Shown here piece by piece: positions 26,701 to 38,994 of a DNA stretch of 64,000 bases. The stretch is from Monocercomonoides exilis PA203 (lineage: Eukaryota; Protista; Preaxostyla): positions 1,550,001 to 1,614,000 of the forward strand of contig LSRY02000014.1 of the NCBI GenBank assembly GCA_001643675.2, read 5' to 3'. The notes beneath the pieces were generated by a model that had not been told where the DNA came from, searched no databases, and worked only from the letters and a program-made list of their open reading frames with translations. Numbering within the stretch: position 1 is the stretch's first letter; every line of letters starts with the position of its first letter. The position numbers and the translations under genes are program-made.

Positions 26701-28799
26701 AAGTGTGCCATCGGTTTGACCTGCTTGTTAATCCGAATCCGCTCAATGAAGAAGAAGGAGAAAGTGGAGAAGGAGGCGAAGGAGAAGAAATAAACAGAAG
26801 GAAGAGAAGAAGCCGAAGCATCAGCAGCAACAGTGATAATGATAATATTCATCTTAATGAAGACACACCCGCAAATGTGTTTGTCCAGGAGTCAAGATAC
26901 CCACAAAAGGATATAAGCGAAGGAAATCATTCGAAATTATCACCAACGCCGATATTTCCGCATTTGCCCGGAAAAAATTCCCCGACTCCGTCGCAGCCGC
27001 CCCCGCCGAATCAAAAAGTGGGTGAAGATGAGAGGAATAATAAAAGGGATTTTAGAGAAATGGAAGAAGGGAAAGAAAGAGAAGGAGAAGGAGAAAGAAA
27101 AAGAGAAAGAGAAAGAAAAGGGGAAGAACATGAAAGAGAAGAAGAAGAAGAATCAAAGGAACATACGATGTCTGAAGATTTCCTCAATTCCGATGAACTA
27201 TCAGCAGATCAATTGAACGAACTCGAAAAAGATGGCTTTCCTTCTTTTTCGCTGGACAAACACAGAATTCCTTCTTATCAAAGAAATCGCTATCCAACAA
27301 GAGCAGAAGGAGATGGGATTTGTCATTCAGAAGAAGAACCGGATTTGACAAAGGAAGAGAAAGAGAAAGAAAGAGAAAGAGAAAAGTTGAAGAAAAGAGA
27401 AGCAAAATGGAGGAAGAAAGTTGAAGCGCAGGACAAAGTGTGGCATAACAAGCAAATTAACAAGCCAAATATTGTTCTTCCTTCGCGCTATGAAACAAAA
27501 ATGGAAAAATTTGAGCAAAAAGGAAGAAATGTGAAGATGGATGGGATTTCTGATGAATTTGGTGAAGGTTTGTCGCATTTGTCGGCTTCTTGGGACGATT
27601 TAGAGGGAAATGAAGAAGAGGAAAAGAAAATTAACACAGAAAATGAGAAGGAAACTGAAGAAAAATCAAAAATTTTCGATCAGATTTCGAAAAAATCAGT
27701 TCAAAAAGCACAAGACAAGTCTCTTTTTGTTTCATCTGATAGATCAACTCCTCTTTCGTCTTCTCCTTCTTCTTCTCCCTCTTCTCTAATGTCCAACCCT
27801 CCCCTTTCTTCATCATCATCATCTTCTTCTTCTTCTTCTTCTTTTGCTCCTTTTTCCTCTAAAAATTCCCGCCGTCGCCCTTCTCCGCCTTCTTCGGTTG
27901 AGTTTCTTTCTCCGCCGGAAATTGCATTGGATGATGATTTGGATGCAGAACCTGTTTATTCAGAGGAGAAGAGAAGAGAAATTCCGATTGAAGAAGAAGA
28001 GGAGGAGGAGGAAGAGGAGGAGGAAGAAGAAGAAAAGGGAGAAGAAAAAGAAGAAAAAGAAGAAGGGAAAGGAAAAGGCAAAGAAGAAAAGAAAAGAAAC
28101 AAGAAAGGAAAGAAAGGGAAGGGAAAGGAAACAGCAGAAGAGAGAGATTTGAGGAAGCTGAGGAAAATGTTTGACACAAAAGTGACTGTTCCTTTGCCAA
28201 CGATCGAAATCGAAGATTTAAAAGGAAGGGAAAATGAAGAAGAAACAGAAAATGAAACAGAAAATGAAGCCAAAACTGAAAGTTTGGGTGAAAAGGTTAG
28301 AAAAACAGAAGCATTGGAAGAAGTAATGGAGCAGAGCGATTATCAGAAGATGTCACTTCCTCTTACGAATTTGGGGGTGGAGAAGAAGACTTTGCAGAAA
28401 ATAAGGATTGAAGGCGGGGAAGGATGGAATCCAGAGAAACAGGTGAGTTTTGAAGGAAAGAGAAGAAGGCAACAGAACCCGCTGAATGCGAAAGTTGAGA
28501 ATGGAAAAGAAGCAGATGATTGGAAGAATTACAACAAAAATGGGGGAAATGCAAAGAAAAGATCGAAGAAAAGTTCACCTTTGATGGGAATTGTTGATGA
28601 AAGGGAAGATGAATTTGGCAGAAGTATTGAAGAAGAGTCATATTTGATGAGGAAAGGGACAAAAAGACATGTTAACAAAATGAAGTATTTGAAAAACATG
28701 GATGAATCAAAAAAATTAAATAATAATCTGCGTAAATGCAGATGGAGTGATCAAATTTATTATGATCCTCTTGATTTATATGTCCGTAGAAGAGCGTAA
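23762..28799 (+). CDS. Hypothetical Ser/Pro/Glu-rich single-pass membrane protein; exons 23762-23773, 23852-24104, 24196-28799
   Basis: Phase-consistent GT-AG introns join MARA + the 23885 ORF + the 1536-aa ORF. One hydrophobic helix FFMLLLFVAVLSVSFGCLCAYLISL (~26355-26430). No recognisable domain. Confidence 0.75.
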
Positions 28800-28950
28800 G
28801 CATGTGAGTTTTCCTTTATCTATTTCTTGTTTTTTAACTGAAGTTATGTGAAGTGAAAAGAAATTATTTTTTCTTCTTTGAAATGAAAAATTAAAAATTA
28901 AAAATTATTCAGAGAAATGGTTTTTCTCATTTGAATGTTCATTGAATCTT

Positions 28951-29810
28951 CTAACGTTTTCGAACGGGAGCTGATTCGTAATTTACAATTTTCCGCCCTT
29001 CATCGTCATACGTAACAATTTTCTTTTTTCTTCCTTTTTCCTAAAAAAATAAATGTAAATTTTTTGCAAAGATATTTAAAAATCAATTAATAAATAAATA
29101 AAGTATTTTAATAAAGTTATAAAAAATTTCTAATAAACAATTCACACTTCAGCCAATAAATGATTTTGAAGAATATGTTCGCGTCGTTCAACTTCATGAA
29201 GTCTGCGTTTGTGAATTTGAAGACTGTGAATTGTACTCTCGGAAACAGTTAAGTCAAGTGGCGAAGTAAAACGAGGTGTGATCAGTTCGTCAGAATCTGG
29301 ATTATCTTCTGTAATAAAAATAGTTCGCTGAGAATGAACTTTATTTGGTACACAACTGCTCAATCTTTCAACTTTCTTAAAAGTTTTAAATCCAAGAATG
29401 TTCAAGGATAAAAGATTTCAAAAAAAAATAATCACACTTTTCTTTCAACATTTCTCGCTGTTTCAAATAAGAGTTTGTGCTTTCTCTTTGTTTCTGGATC
29501 TCTTCTTAACTTTCCAACTTCTGATTCCTTTGTATCCTTTACAATTCCTTTCTATGTGAAGAAATATATGCTTGTTTAAAAATAAATAATAATGAGTTTA
29601 AACATCCATTTTCAAATGTTCCATAGAAAAATAAAATTCATCTTCATTTTTAAATTCTGCCTTTCGTTTTAATCGTTTCAGTGCATTTCTCTTTTTATGG
29701 TAATCTCTAGCTCTAACAACGTAATCCTTATGCTTTTCCAAAACTCCAAGTCGTTTTCTTTTTTGGGGCTGTGGCCTTTCTTTATGTACCCGTCCTCCAA
29801 TTAATCCCAT
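28951..29810 (-). CDS. UTP11: U3 snoRNP/SSU processome protein Utp11; exons 29810-29604, 29552-29438, 29375-29148, 29040-28951
   Basis: [52 protein letters not shown] is the Utp11 signature. C-terminus KGRKKKI...RKR*. Three phase-0 GT-AG introns. Confidence 0.93.
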
Positions 29811-30124
29811 TTGTATTTTAATATCTTTTTCAATTTGAATGCGATTAAGCAAAATAATGATGAGATGTTACGATTTATGAAAAATATAATATAATTTTAA
29901 TCGGAAAAAAAGTATATCGTGTAAAATAGTGCAAACATTCAGGAAAAGCAACGTTTCCACCAAAAAAGTAAATTAGTTATGGTTGAGGATGAAAATTGTT
30001 ATTTGTTGGAAAAAATTTTATTCCCGAAGGAATTCTGTTCCATATAATATTTACTCATGTTTTTCTCTATATTTTAATTTTATTCATAATTTTATTTTGT
30101 GAGAGAATGTTAGAATTATAATTA

Positions 30125-33100
30125 TAGTGATGTGGCAAACCCGCACATTTGCATAAACCCGCACACTAAGGTTTTGATGAAAGTTCAGACTATAAATATT
30201 TGAAAAATTAATTCTTTTTTTTTTAAAAACATTTCTTGATAAGAAAAAAACATTCTTTCATAAAAAATATTTCATGTGGGGTCAGCTTTGATCTTTTAAT
30301 TTGAGCCTTTCTTTTCACACCACTCTCTTTTGTTTTTTATATCTAATTTACAAACCGTTGAAATTGAAAAAACAATATTTGTTAAGATATTCTTTTGTCT
30401 TTATTGTTCAAATTGTTAAAAAAAAAGTGAAAATAAAAAAAGATAAAGCAAAAGCCAAGAAAATAAAGATCTTTTTAAAACGTTTAAAAAAAATCGATGT
30501 TGTTGATTTCAATACATAAAGCATTAAAAGGTTAAGCGCATAATCAACTGTGTAAAATAGAGGATGTGCTCTACTGACAATGTGCTGTCTTTGAACAGTA
30601 TTTATCAAAACTTAAGAAAATGAAACAGATAAATAAAAATAAAGAATAATACCGCACAAAAATAGAATGTTTTGAACTTAATGCCTTCGCCACAGAAAGA
30701 ACGAAAAGTTTTTGTTTTTAAGGAAATTTTCAAATCAAATTATGGTTTTTGTCCCATAAAATATATATTTACCAAATTATTTCATTTATATTTCATTTCA
30801 GTGTTTTCAATAATATCTCTTCTTGGAACAATTATTAAACAATTAATAATAAATTCAATGTTACGTTCTGATATTCGAGAATGAGCAAAAATGTTTGATT
30901 TTATTCTTTGCATTATGAATGTTAAAAATTTTTTTATTCTGAACATGAACAGAACATACGCAATAGTGAGATGATCAACAGTCATTCGAAAATAAGATCT
31001 GAAACTTAAAAAAATGAAATGACTTGAAAATTACGAAATAATTATTCGATAAATGAAAATTCCTTGCAATGCAATAATAAAATCAAATTTGCTATTAGTT
31101 CTCTTTGTATCGAATTGAAGCATCTGTAAATCAATCCACATGATAAAAAGAACGAATGGTGTGACTTTTCATTTATTTTTTTTAATAATTGAATGAAAAA
31201 ATACTTTTATTTCAGCTTTTCTTATGATAATAGTTGTATTTTGGTTTGTCTTTCTTCGATATATGTGTGTTCTCTTATTCTCGTTTTTTTATTCTCATTA
31301 TATAGATGGCAAACATTGGTTAACTTATGACCATATGAAACTCTATTCACATTAGATCATGAAATGAATGATTTCTTCTAAAGTTTTTCCATGGATAAAA
31401 CACACAATCATCACTATTGTTTCAAATACGATTAAACCAAAGTGACATTTGCACTATTCTGGGGGAGATAATTATGTGGATATGAGAAAGGCCAACACAT
31501 GAAAAATATTACAAGTATCAGATAAGTTTATTCAATAAAAATCAAATAATAAATTTACTGATTTGCTTTGGAAGTGTTCAAGGATTGTTCTGTATGCAAA
31601 ATAAACTATTCAGTAGCAATCAGATCGGACAATTGTCTCATATACATTACTTTTTTCGTTTCATGAAAAGCAGCTCATATGAATTTCATAATCAACAAAT
31701 ACAGTCATTAAATGAATGAACATTTTCGAAATTGTCTATTATATATTAAGTAACAAAAATGTTCACAACAAATAACTGAATGCGAAATTTGTTGGTTCAC
31801 ATTATAACAATATGGTTTGTTTGTAATTTCAAAATCGTTTTCAATTTCGTTTTTCAAAGTTTTTTTAAGGTGCTTTATGTTTTATTTTTTGTAATTGATT
31901 GTGTTATTTAAAAGCTGTATTATAATAATTATCGATGAAATGAAAACTTTGTGAATTGATTCTAAAAAAATAATTGTTCAATCATTCTATTTTTGTTTAT
32001 AATATTGTGTTGTTCTCAAATTCTTTTCTTTTCATAGTTTTTCGATATCATCATCCTCATCAAAGTCTGGATGCACAACGTACTCTTGTAAATATTTGCT
32101 TGTCATGGTTTTTATTGACCGAGTGGAGTATATCTTTGGTATGAAATGAGTTTTTGTTGTTTCACTAATATCTTCATTTGAATCTTCCGTATTATCCAAA
32201 TTTTCATAATCTTGTTCGCTATCATTTCTTAATCTCTTTTTCTTAATTTTCTCATTTTTTGAATGTGTTCGTGTTTTTTTGAAGTTTGTGACGAAGATAT
32301 GCTGCTGGAGGAAAAATCTGATTCAGAACAGTTGCATTCAGATTGACTTTCTTCTGAACTGCTTGACGATTGTTCAGAAGCATGGACGCTTTTATGTTTC
32401 AATTTGGGAAATAGCTGCACACCCAAAATGTTATCTTCTCCCTCCTGAGAATCTGAAGGTTCAGTCTCTTCTTCTGAGGAATGAACTTCGCAAATTGCTC
32501 TAATCTGTTCTGGAGATTGCTCCATCTTTTCAAGTGAATCTTCCGAAGAAACGTACTTTGGAATTTTCTTTGTTTGCTCTAAATCTGAACAATTGTCACA
32601 TCCGCCAGAATTAATGAATTTTGTTTGTTTTTGTCGTTTTTTTTCATTTGTTAACAATTCCTTTTCTTTCTCATGCAACTCCCAATCTGTCAGAAACTCA
32701 GGGTCTGTGATACATTTGCCAGAAATGGACCAACGGCTTGTGTTTCTTGCAGGCTTCACTCCGGAGGAAGAGAATCAAGAGTTTGATCCACAACATGTGC
32801 AATTGAGGATGAGGTGATGCCAGCCTCGAAAAAGCCATGTCTGATTGTTTTCGGTGCCAAAGCGTAATAAACACAATCTGCGATTGCTCTTACGAAAGGC
32901 ATGAATTCATTTTTCATTTTTTTTAATTGAAGGCTCATTTTTAACTTTTTTAAGTTGGCTTTTTAGTACTGCGTTTGGTCCGAGGTCCAAGGGTTGCAAA
33001 ATGTGCGACGTATGTGCAGGAATAACAACCACATCCACATTTTCAGATGCAAATTGCAACCACAGTTGAAGATTCTGCCTTGATGAATGACCGTCCAAGA

Positions 33101-34776
33101 TGATAAGAGCAGGTGGAATGGGTTCGTTCTCCTCATCGCAGTTTGTCTTATCACTTTTATTGCTATTAAACTCTTTTTGTTGAATCCTTTCCGTTTCAGC
33201 TTCTTCTTTTAACCACCAATTGATTTCGTCGCAATTATCTTCATTTATCAATAAGCGAGAAGAACAAGAAGCGTCTTCCTCGAAAGAAGAAACAAAACCA
33301 ACACAAGAATTATAAGTTTGATCATCAACATCCGTTTGTTGTTCAGCAGAAGGCAAAGTGTGTTGCATATGAGAGTTTAAGTTGTCTGAAGAAACTTGTT
33401 GAAATTGAAGCGATACTCTTTGAGAAGAAATTTCACTGTTTGCTGCTTTTGAATTCACTAATTCTGAAATTGGATCTCCATCATCAGAAGAGACGCTTGC
33501 TGTTTTCGCTGTTTCTGAGATGTGTGAATCTGTAAAGAATTCGCGATCATCTGAATGTCTGTTAACACGTGAAGTGATTTGCGCTGATTCTGAAATTGCA
33601 TTTTCTTCATTTTGAATCTCTTCATGGCTTTGCATTTTCATTATTGATTGAAATGATAAACTGCTCTCTGTTTTTCCTTTTTTGATTTTCTTTTTCATCT
33701 TTTCTTGAAAATATCGTTTTATTCGAATCACATTTTGTCGTTGCTTTTGAATATTTGGCAGCACATTTTTCATCATTATTTCTTCAAATAAATTTTTTGT
33801 CATCCATCCTTTATTTGACGTGTGCAATATAAAATTTTCATCACTCCACTGTTCTTTTATTTCTTTTTCAAATTTGTTGGGTAATAGAAGATGTGAAGGA
33901 AGATGGCATCCATCTGCCCTTACAATAAAAAGAAGAGTCAAATGATGAAGCGGAGGAATTTTCAAAGAAGGAACGAATTTGCATTTGCTCGAGACAACCC
34001 TTTTATTTTCTCTTTTGTCAGAAGATTGGCAACTTGTTTCATCCAATTGAAAGATCAATGAAGGATGATATTTTTTCTGTTTCATCAAGTTACGCAAGCG
34101 CGATAAAAAAGACAAAACATTACTTTTCAATGAGGCCCTTATACGTGCATGATCAAGCTTAATTGGATGTATTGTTCTAAGTTGTTTGTGTCTAGAAAGA
34201 AAACCATATACCCAACGCATGCTGGGCATTTCGATATAAACAGCAGATTTTTCAGAACGTTGTTTTCTAATTCTCCAAGCCTAAGTTTTTATAAATTAGC
34301 TGGAAAGAATAAAGAAATCAAACTATTCTCGGGATGTCTTTCAATGTTGGTTGAGTCGAAACATCATCCCAATTCAAAAGGATTTCTTCTAGCCTATCTT
34401 CTTCTTCCTCCGACAAATATCTTGGCCTGCCGTTTTTCCCTGCAATTTCTCCTTTTGAAATCATTCGAAGTGCCCTTTGTTGACAATAATAGCTATTTCG
34501 TTCAGATTTATTGATGACAATTTTTTCTTTTTTCATATCATCCATTTATGAAAGTTGAATAATGTTCCAAAATATTGTTTTTCGATAAATATTATTTAAT
34601 GATATGGGAAAAACAACCATAACAGAATTAAAAAATATAAAAAAAACTATTTTAAAATCTATATTCAATTGTTAATAACTTTTGATATGAAATATTTGTT
34701 TTAAAGAAACTTTCCTTTCATTTGAACTGAATTGTGCGGGTTTGTGCAAATGTGCGGGTTTATGCGCACACCATTA
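30125..34776 (-). mobile_element. pogo-like (Tc1/mariner/pogo, DD35D) DNA transposon, ~4.65 kb, with ~45-bp imperfect TIRs and TA target duplication
   Basis: Left end TA|TAGTGATGTGGCAAACCCGCACATTTGCATAAACCCGCACA. Reverse complement of right end TA|TAATGGTGTGCGCATAAACCCGCACATTTGCACAAACCCGCACA. Each TIR holds two AAACCCGCACA direct repeats. The TIRs enclose a DDE_1 transposase. Confidence 0.9.
32032..34545 (-). pseudogene. pogo/CENP-B-type DDE_1 transposase with one 43-nt intron (34323-34281) and ~3 frameshifts in the 3' part
   Basis: GRPRYLSEEEE / PSMRWVYGFLSRH (HTH); IFQLDET, KGWMTKNLF, LILDGHSSR, IPAHTSHILQPLD (35 residues between D2 and D3). The reading continues via frameshifts near 32930, 32760 and 32235. 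Confidence 0.9.
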
Positions 34777-35310
34777 TACAACATCCGAAAACGTTGAAAA
34801 CTTAATATTGTTTTTTTCATATATGCAATAATTATACCCCATTTCACCAAATCCAACAATATTTTCCAAGAGAAAAAAAACTTAAATGAAAACGTTTGTT
34901 AACAATAAGGACTCTGTGGATTTTTTTTTTTTTTTTTTGATTTTTGAAGGATTGTTATTTATCGAAATTTTTATTATGTATTTTTATTTTTTTTTAAATA
35001 AATGCGCAAAAAATTTTTCTATTTATAAAAAAATATGTTGCTGATCCTTTTGAAATCAAACTTTCTTTAAAGTTTTGAGCTAAATTTTTATGTCAATTGG
35101 ATTTTGTTTAAAATGTATTTCATGCAAAACACAATTATATATTGGATGTAATAACCGTTTGAGTTCATTTTTTCAAAAAAATCTCATTAAGATAAAAATT
35201 ATGATCAAAACTCAATTGAAAGAATGATTTCAAAAAAAAGAAAAAATAAAAATTAAAATAATTAAATAAATGAAAAAAAAATTAGCCAAATATTTTTATT
35301 CTTTTATAAA

Positions 35311-36324
35311 AAGGGTCAACTTTTTAATGGGACTTTTTTCTTTATTGGTACTTTTTTTGTTTTTGCATGTTAATCATTCAAAAAAGGTAGACGGACCTCA
35401 ACACTCGGATGAGTGTGCTTATTAAACAAACACATTAAATTACCGGTTTGTTTTTTAAATTTTGTTTATTTTTCGTAGAGATACAGCAATTTTTTTAATT
35501 TATTTTGAAGTGACTTTTTTCAGTCGAAGAAGCATTTCCCAAAATATTGAAATCCATTTTTGAAAACTACTAGCGTTATCCTTTTTATATTCAAAATCTT
35601 AAGTTTAACAACTTGTTTTTTCTTTATTTTTTCACATTTCATTTTTTTATCAACATGCGAACACAAATTTGAAAATTTCTTTGTTATTTAAATGAAGAGT
35701 TAAAAATAAAAATATGATATGAAAAATGCACACTCTTATGAAGAAGTGTGAAAAATGTTGAACATAATTATTTTCTATTTGCATCAAACAGGTGAACGGT
35801 CACAACATTGAATGATCTGAGATCAAACTTATTCCATTTTAATGAGTTTGATGAAAATAGAAAATATTTATGTTCAACATTTTTCACACTTCTTCATAAG
35901 AGTGTGCATTTTTCATATCATATTTTTATTTTTAACTCTTCATTTAAATAACAAAGAAATTTTCAAATTTGTGTTCGCATGTTGATAAAAAAATGAAATG
36001 TGAAAAAATAAAGAAAAAACAAGTTGTTAAACTTAAGATTTTGAATATAAAAAGGATAACGCTAGTAGTTTTCAAAAATGGATTTCAATATTTTGGGAAA
36101 TGCTTCTTCGACTGAAAAAAGTCACTTCAAAATAAATTAAAAAAATTGCTGTATCTCTACGAAAAATAAACAAAATTTAAAAAACAAACCGGTAATTTAA
36201 TGTGTTTGTTTAATAAGCACCCTCATCCGAGTGTTGAGGTCCGTCTACCTTTTTTGAATGATTAACATGCAAAAACAAAAAAAGTACCAATAAAGAAAAA
36301 AGTCCCATGAAAAAGTTGACCCTT
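35311..36324. repeat. 1014-bp foldback: two ~479-bp inverted arms (35311-35789, 35846-36324) with a 56-bp loop
   Basis: Arm 1 begins AAGGGTCAACTTTTT..GGGACTTT and arm 2 ends AAAGTCCCATGAAAAAGTTGACCCTT. Internal landmarks pair exactly (GGTAGACGGACCTCAACACTCGGATG / CATCCGAGTGTTGAGGTCCGTCTACC). About 4 mismatches seen. Confidence 0.95.
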
Positions 36325-37760
36325 ATTCTCATTCGAAATTTATTATTCAAAATCGAAATTTCTTAATTCTTATTTGAAAAAGAATAATTCAATTTGGAAA
36401 AAATAATTGAAAGAATATTCATCATTTTATATTGAAAATAAGTTTCAGGAAATATTGAAACATTATTCAATAAATAACAAACAATAATTCAAGGATTTCA
36501 CTTTGAAATAAAAATACTATTTCCTCTTGCTGAATTTTTATTGTGATAAATAATTATAACTCCTTTGAAAAATAGAAAAAATAACATAGAGTTTTTTTCA
36601 AATAATCAAATATGCAATAGTCATTATTATTATTAATTATTTTTTGTCTGTTGAATTTCCGAAGGTTTTTCATAAATATAGAAATAATTTTCAACAAAAT
36701 GTTGAATGCATGACAATTATTACATAAGCCACAGTTGTGAATAAATGAATTGCAATGATTTTCTAAAACACAGTTATCACTATTCTGTGTTCATCTAAGA
36801 ACATCCAATATTGACTTGCAAACTGAAATTTGAAACAGAAAAAATGAGATGAAAAATTAGCACAAAAATGGAAAGAGATTATTTAACAAATTTCATTTAT
36901 TGAATTAGTCATGATAATTTTCAATGAGATCCAAAATATGAACCAATCACTTTTGTGAAAATCAGACTAACCAAATATTTGAAAAATGAATACACATTAA
37001 TTTGTTTTTGCCTTTTCAAATAACTGAAATTTGTAGAATCAAATCAATGAATTTTTACAATAAATGTGTGATTATTTTTGAATGAATGTTTTTTCATTCA
37101 ATATTTTCGGTTTGAAAATTACTATTGAATATCAACAAAAAAACGATGAGAAATTGAAAGGCTCATTAAATTCATCATCATAATGATTAGAGCAAAAACA
37201 ATTGTTTTTTTAATGCAGATGGCTGTTTTTTCTTTTTTCTTTTTTTTCTTTTTTTCTTTTCTTTTTTTTTTTTTGAAAACTTCCTTCTGTTTTATTTTCT
37301 TATAAAACAATAATTTCATTTTATCATATATTTTCTGTTTCCTCGTATTAACTTCACGAAAATGAAAAAATGCATAAACAATGTTAATATTACAATTTTG
37401 GTGAAGTTTGATACAAGTGAACAGAAAAATAATGAAATTAAAACATTTTTAATTATAATTCGAAAATTAAGCAAAAGGAATGTTTCAAAAAAAAAACCAG
37501 CCAGATGTTATAATTCAAAAATTTGAATGAAAAATTTTTGTTTGCAAAGACAAAAAACTTTTGAAAAATCAACAAACCGAAAAAAGTTATGATTTCGAAA
37601 ATAAAAACACACTTGTTTTCGTGATTCGCAATTGAGCGAATCAACAAACGCAAGGAGTAGGTTTGCTCCTCAATTATGAGTATTAATATAATTTATGGGT
37701 GGTTTAGATCAAACTTCGCAAATAATTTAACTTCTTTTCATTCCATTGTCCGCAGGTAGA

Positions 37761-38640
37761 ATGACTCAAGATACTGTTAGAGCGCCAAATAGCGACGGCG
37801 AGGACAGAGGATTTGATCTTATTCACAGGCTTTTAAGGGTTGAAAACATGATCGAAGAAATCACCAGAAGCCAACCATGGCCAATGCAGTCCGAAGCTAC
37901 GGGGATGCTGCCAATGAGAAAGGTGAAGAGGGAACGAGCAAGGAGAAGAAGCAGATCGAGATCGAGCGAGTTGGAGTCGGATGCAGAATTTGGTGATCTG
38001 ATCGCGAGAGGGAAACAGGGAAAGCGTGAAAGATTACGTCGTACATATAGTCGAGCGAAGATACGGGAAGATGAAGAAGATAGCGGCTGGGATTCGGAGG
38101 GGCAAGATGTACTGGACGAGAAAGAAGAAACAGAAGACTTCACTAGAATTTTTCCAAGGGAGTGGCTGACTCCCCGGAGACAAGCGAGCGAGCTGAGTAA
38201 GTTCATTGAATTCTGTAAAGCCGGCTCGATAAGGATGAGCGATTACATACTGAATACATTTATTTCAGAGAGTGAGAAGGAGTTTTTTACAGGACACACA
38301 GACACAAGCTGGAACGCGCTAGCTAGGACAGTTATTACAACAAAAGGGAGAAGAGACTCACCAGAAGCGATCCGAGCAATCGAACTCCTCCAGCCTGCTC
38401 TTGAATCGGGCTTTGAAGCAGCAAAAGCAATTGCATCACGAACAGTGATGGAACTGGAGAAGGTGCACCTCATGGAAGAGGAGAAGGAACGATAGAGAGG
38501 AGAGAGAGTTGAGAGAGAAGAGAGAGCCGCGCTTTGCCGCGAGACCGAGAGAGGAAAGAGAGAAGCAAATTACAACGAAATGAATATACGACGAGAAACC
38601 GTAGCTCCGGGCGAGAAGCTATCAGAGACGGAAAGGTAGA
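37761..38640 (+). pseudogene. DIRS gag-like ORF1 (interrupted by TAG at 38493-38495)
   Basis: First ORF inside the left ITR (MTQDTVRAPN...). Its position upstream of pol fits DIRS gag. No diagnostic motif. Confidence 0.55.
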
Positions 38641-38994
38641 AACAACATGTGAATATTAGAAAGACTCTGAGCTCGTTAGACCAAAGGAAGGAGAGAGAAC
38701 GAGAAACCACAGGGGATTCTGCGAGAGAGATTTCGATAGAAGATGTGCGACACGAGACAACGAGAACAGAAGGAGACTCCGCATATCCCCGACTGACGGG
38801 ACAGAAGAGCGAGAGGGAGAACGGGAAGATAGTTTGGAGAAGTTCTGGGACTGTCATCGAGTCCCCAATTGGGAGCGCCCTGGAGGTGCACTTGAAGACA
38901 GCTATTGCTGACATTTTCGAAGGAGAAGGGAATACACAGATGCAGCCTGGCCACAAGACGCTAGGAGTGAAGAGGAGTACAGCGAGTGGACCAC

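Noticed and set aside
1352-28662. Dozens of antisense or alternate-frame ORFs (poly-E, poly-K, poly-L/F, poly-S) overlapping the large genes
   Set aside because: By-products of stop-free (GAA/TTC)n tracts; no domain content.
6539-29810. Functional clustering of nucleolar/RNA-metabolism genes (TAF1C-like, NOT3, UTP11)
   Set aside because: Few genes, interspersed with unrelated ones, and one call is tentative; compatible with chance.
31300-31680. Faint resemblance to a Ulp1/C48 protease (WLTYDHM..., DNCLIY) in the pogo cargo
   Set aside because: Fragments are interrupted by stops and no intact catalytic triad is visible; too weak to call.
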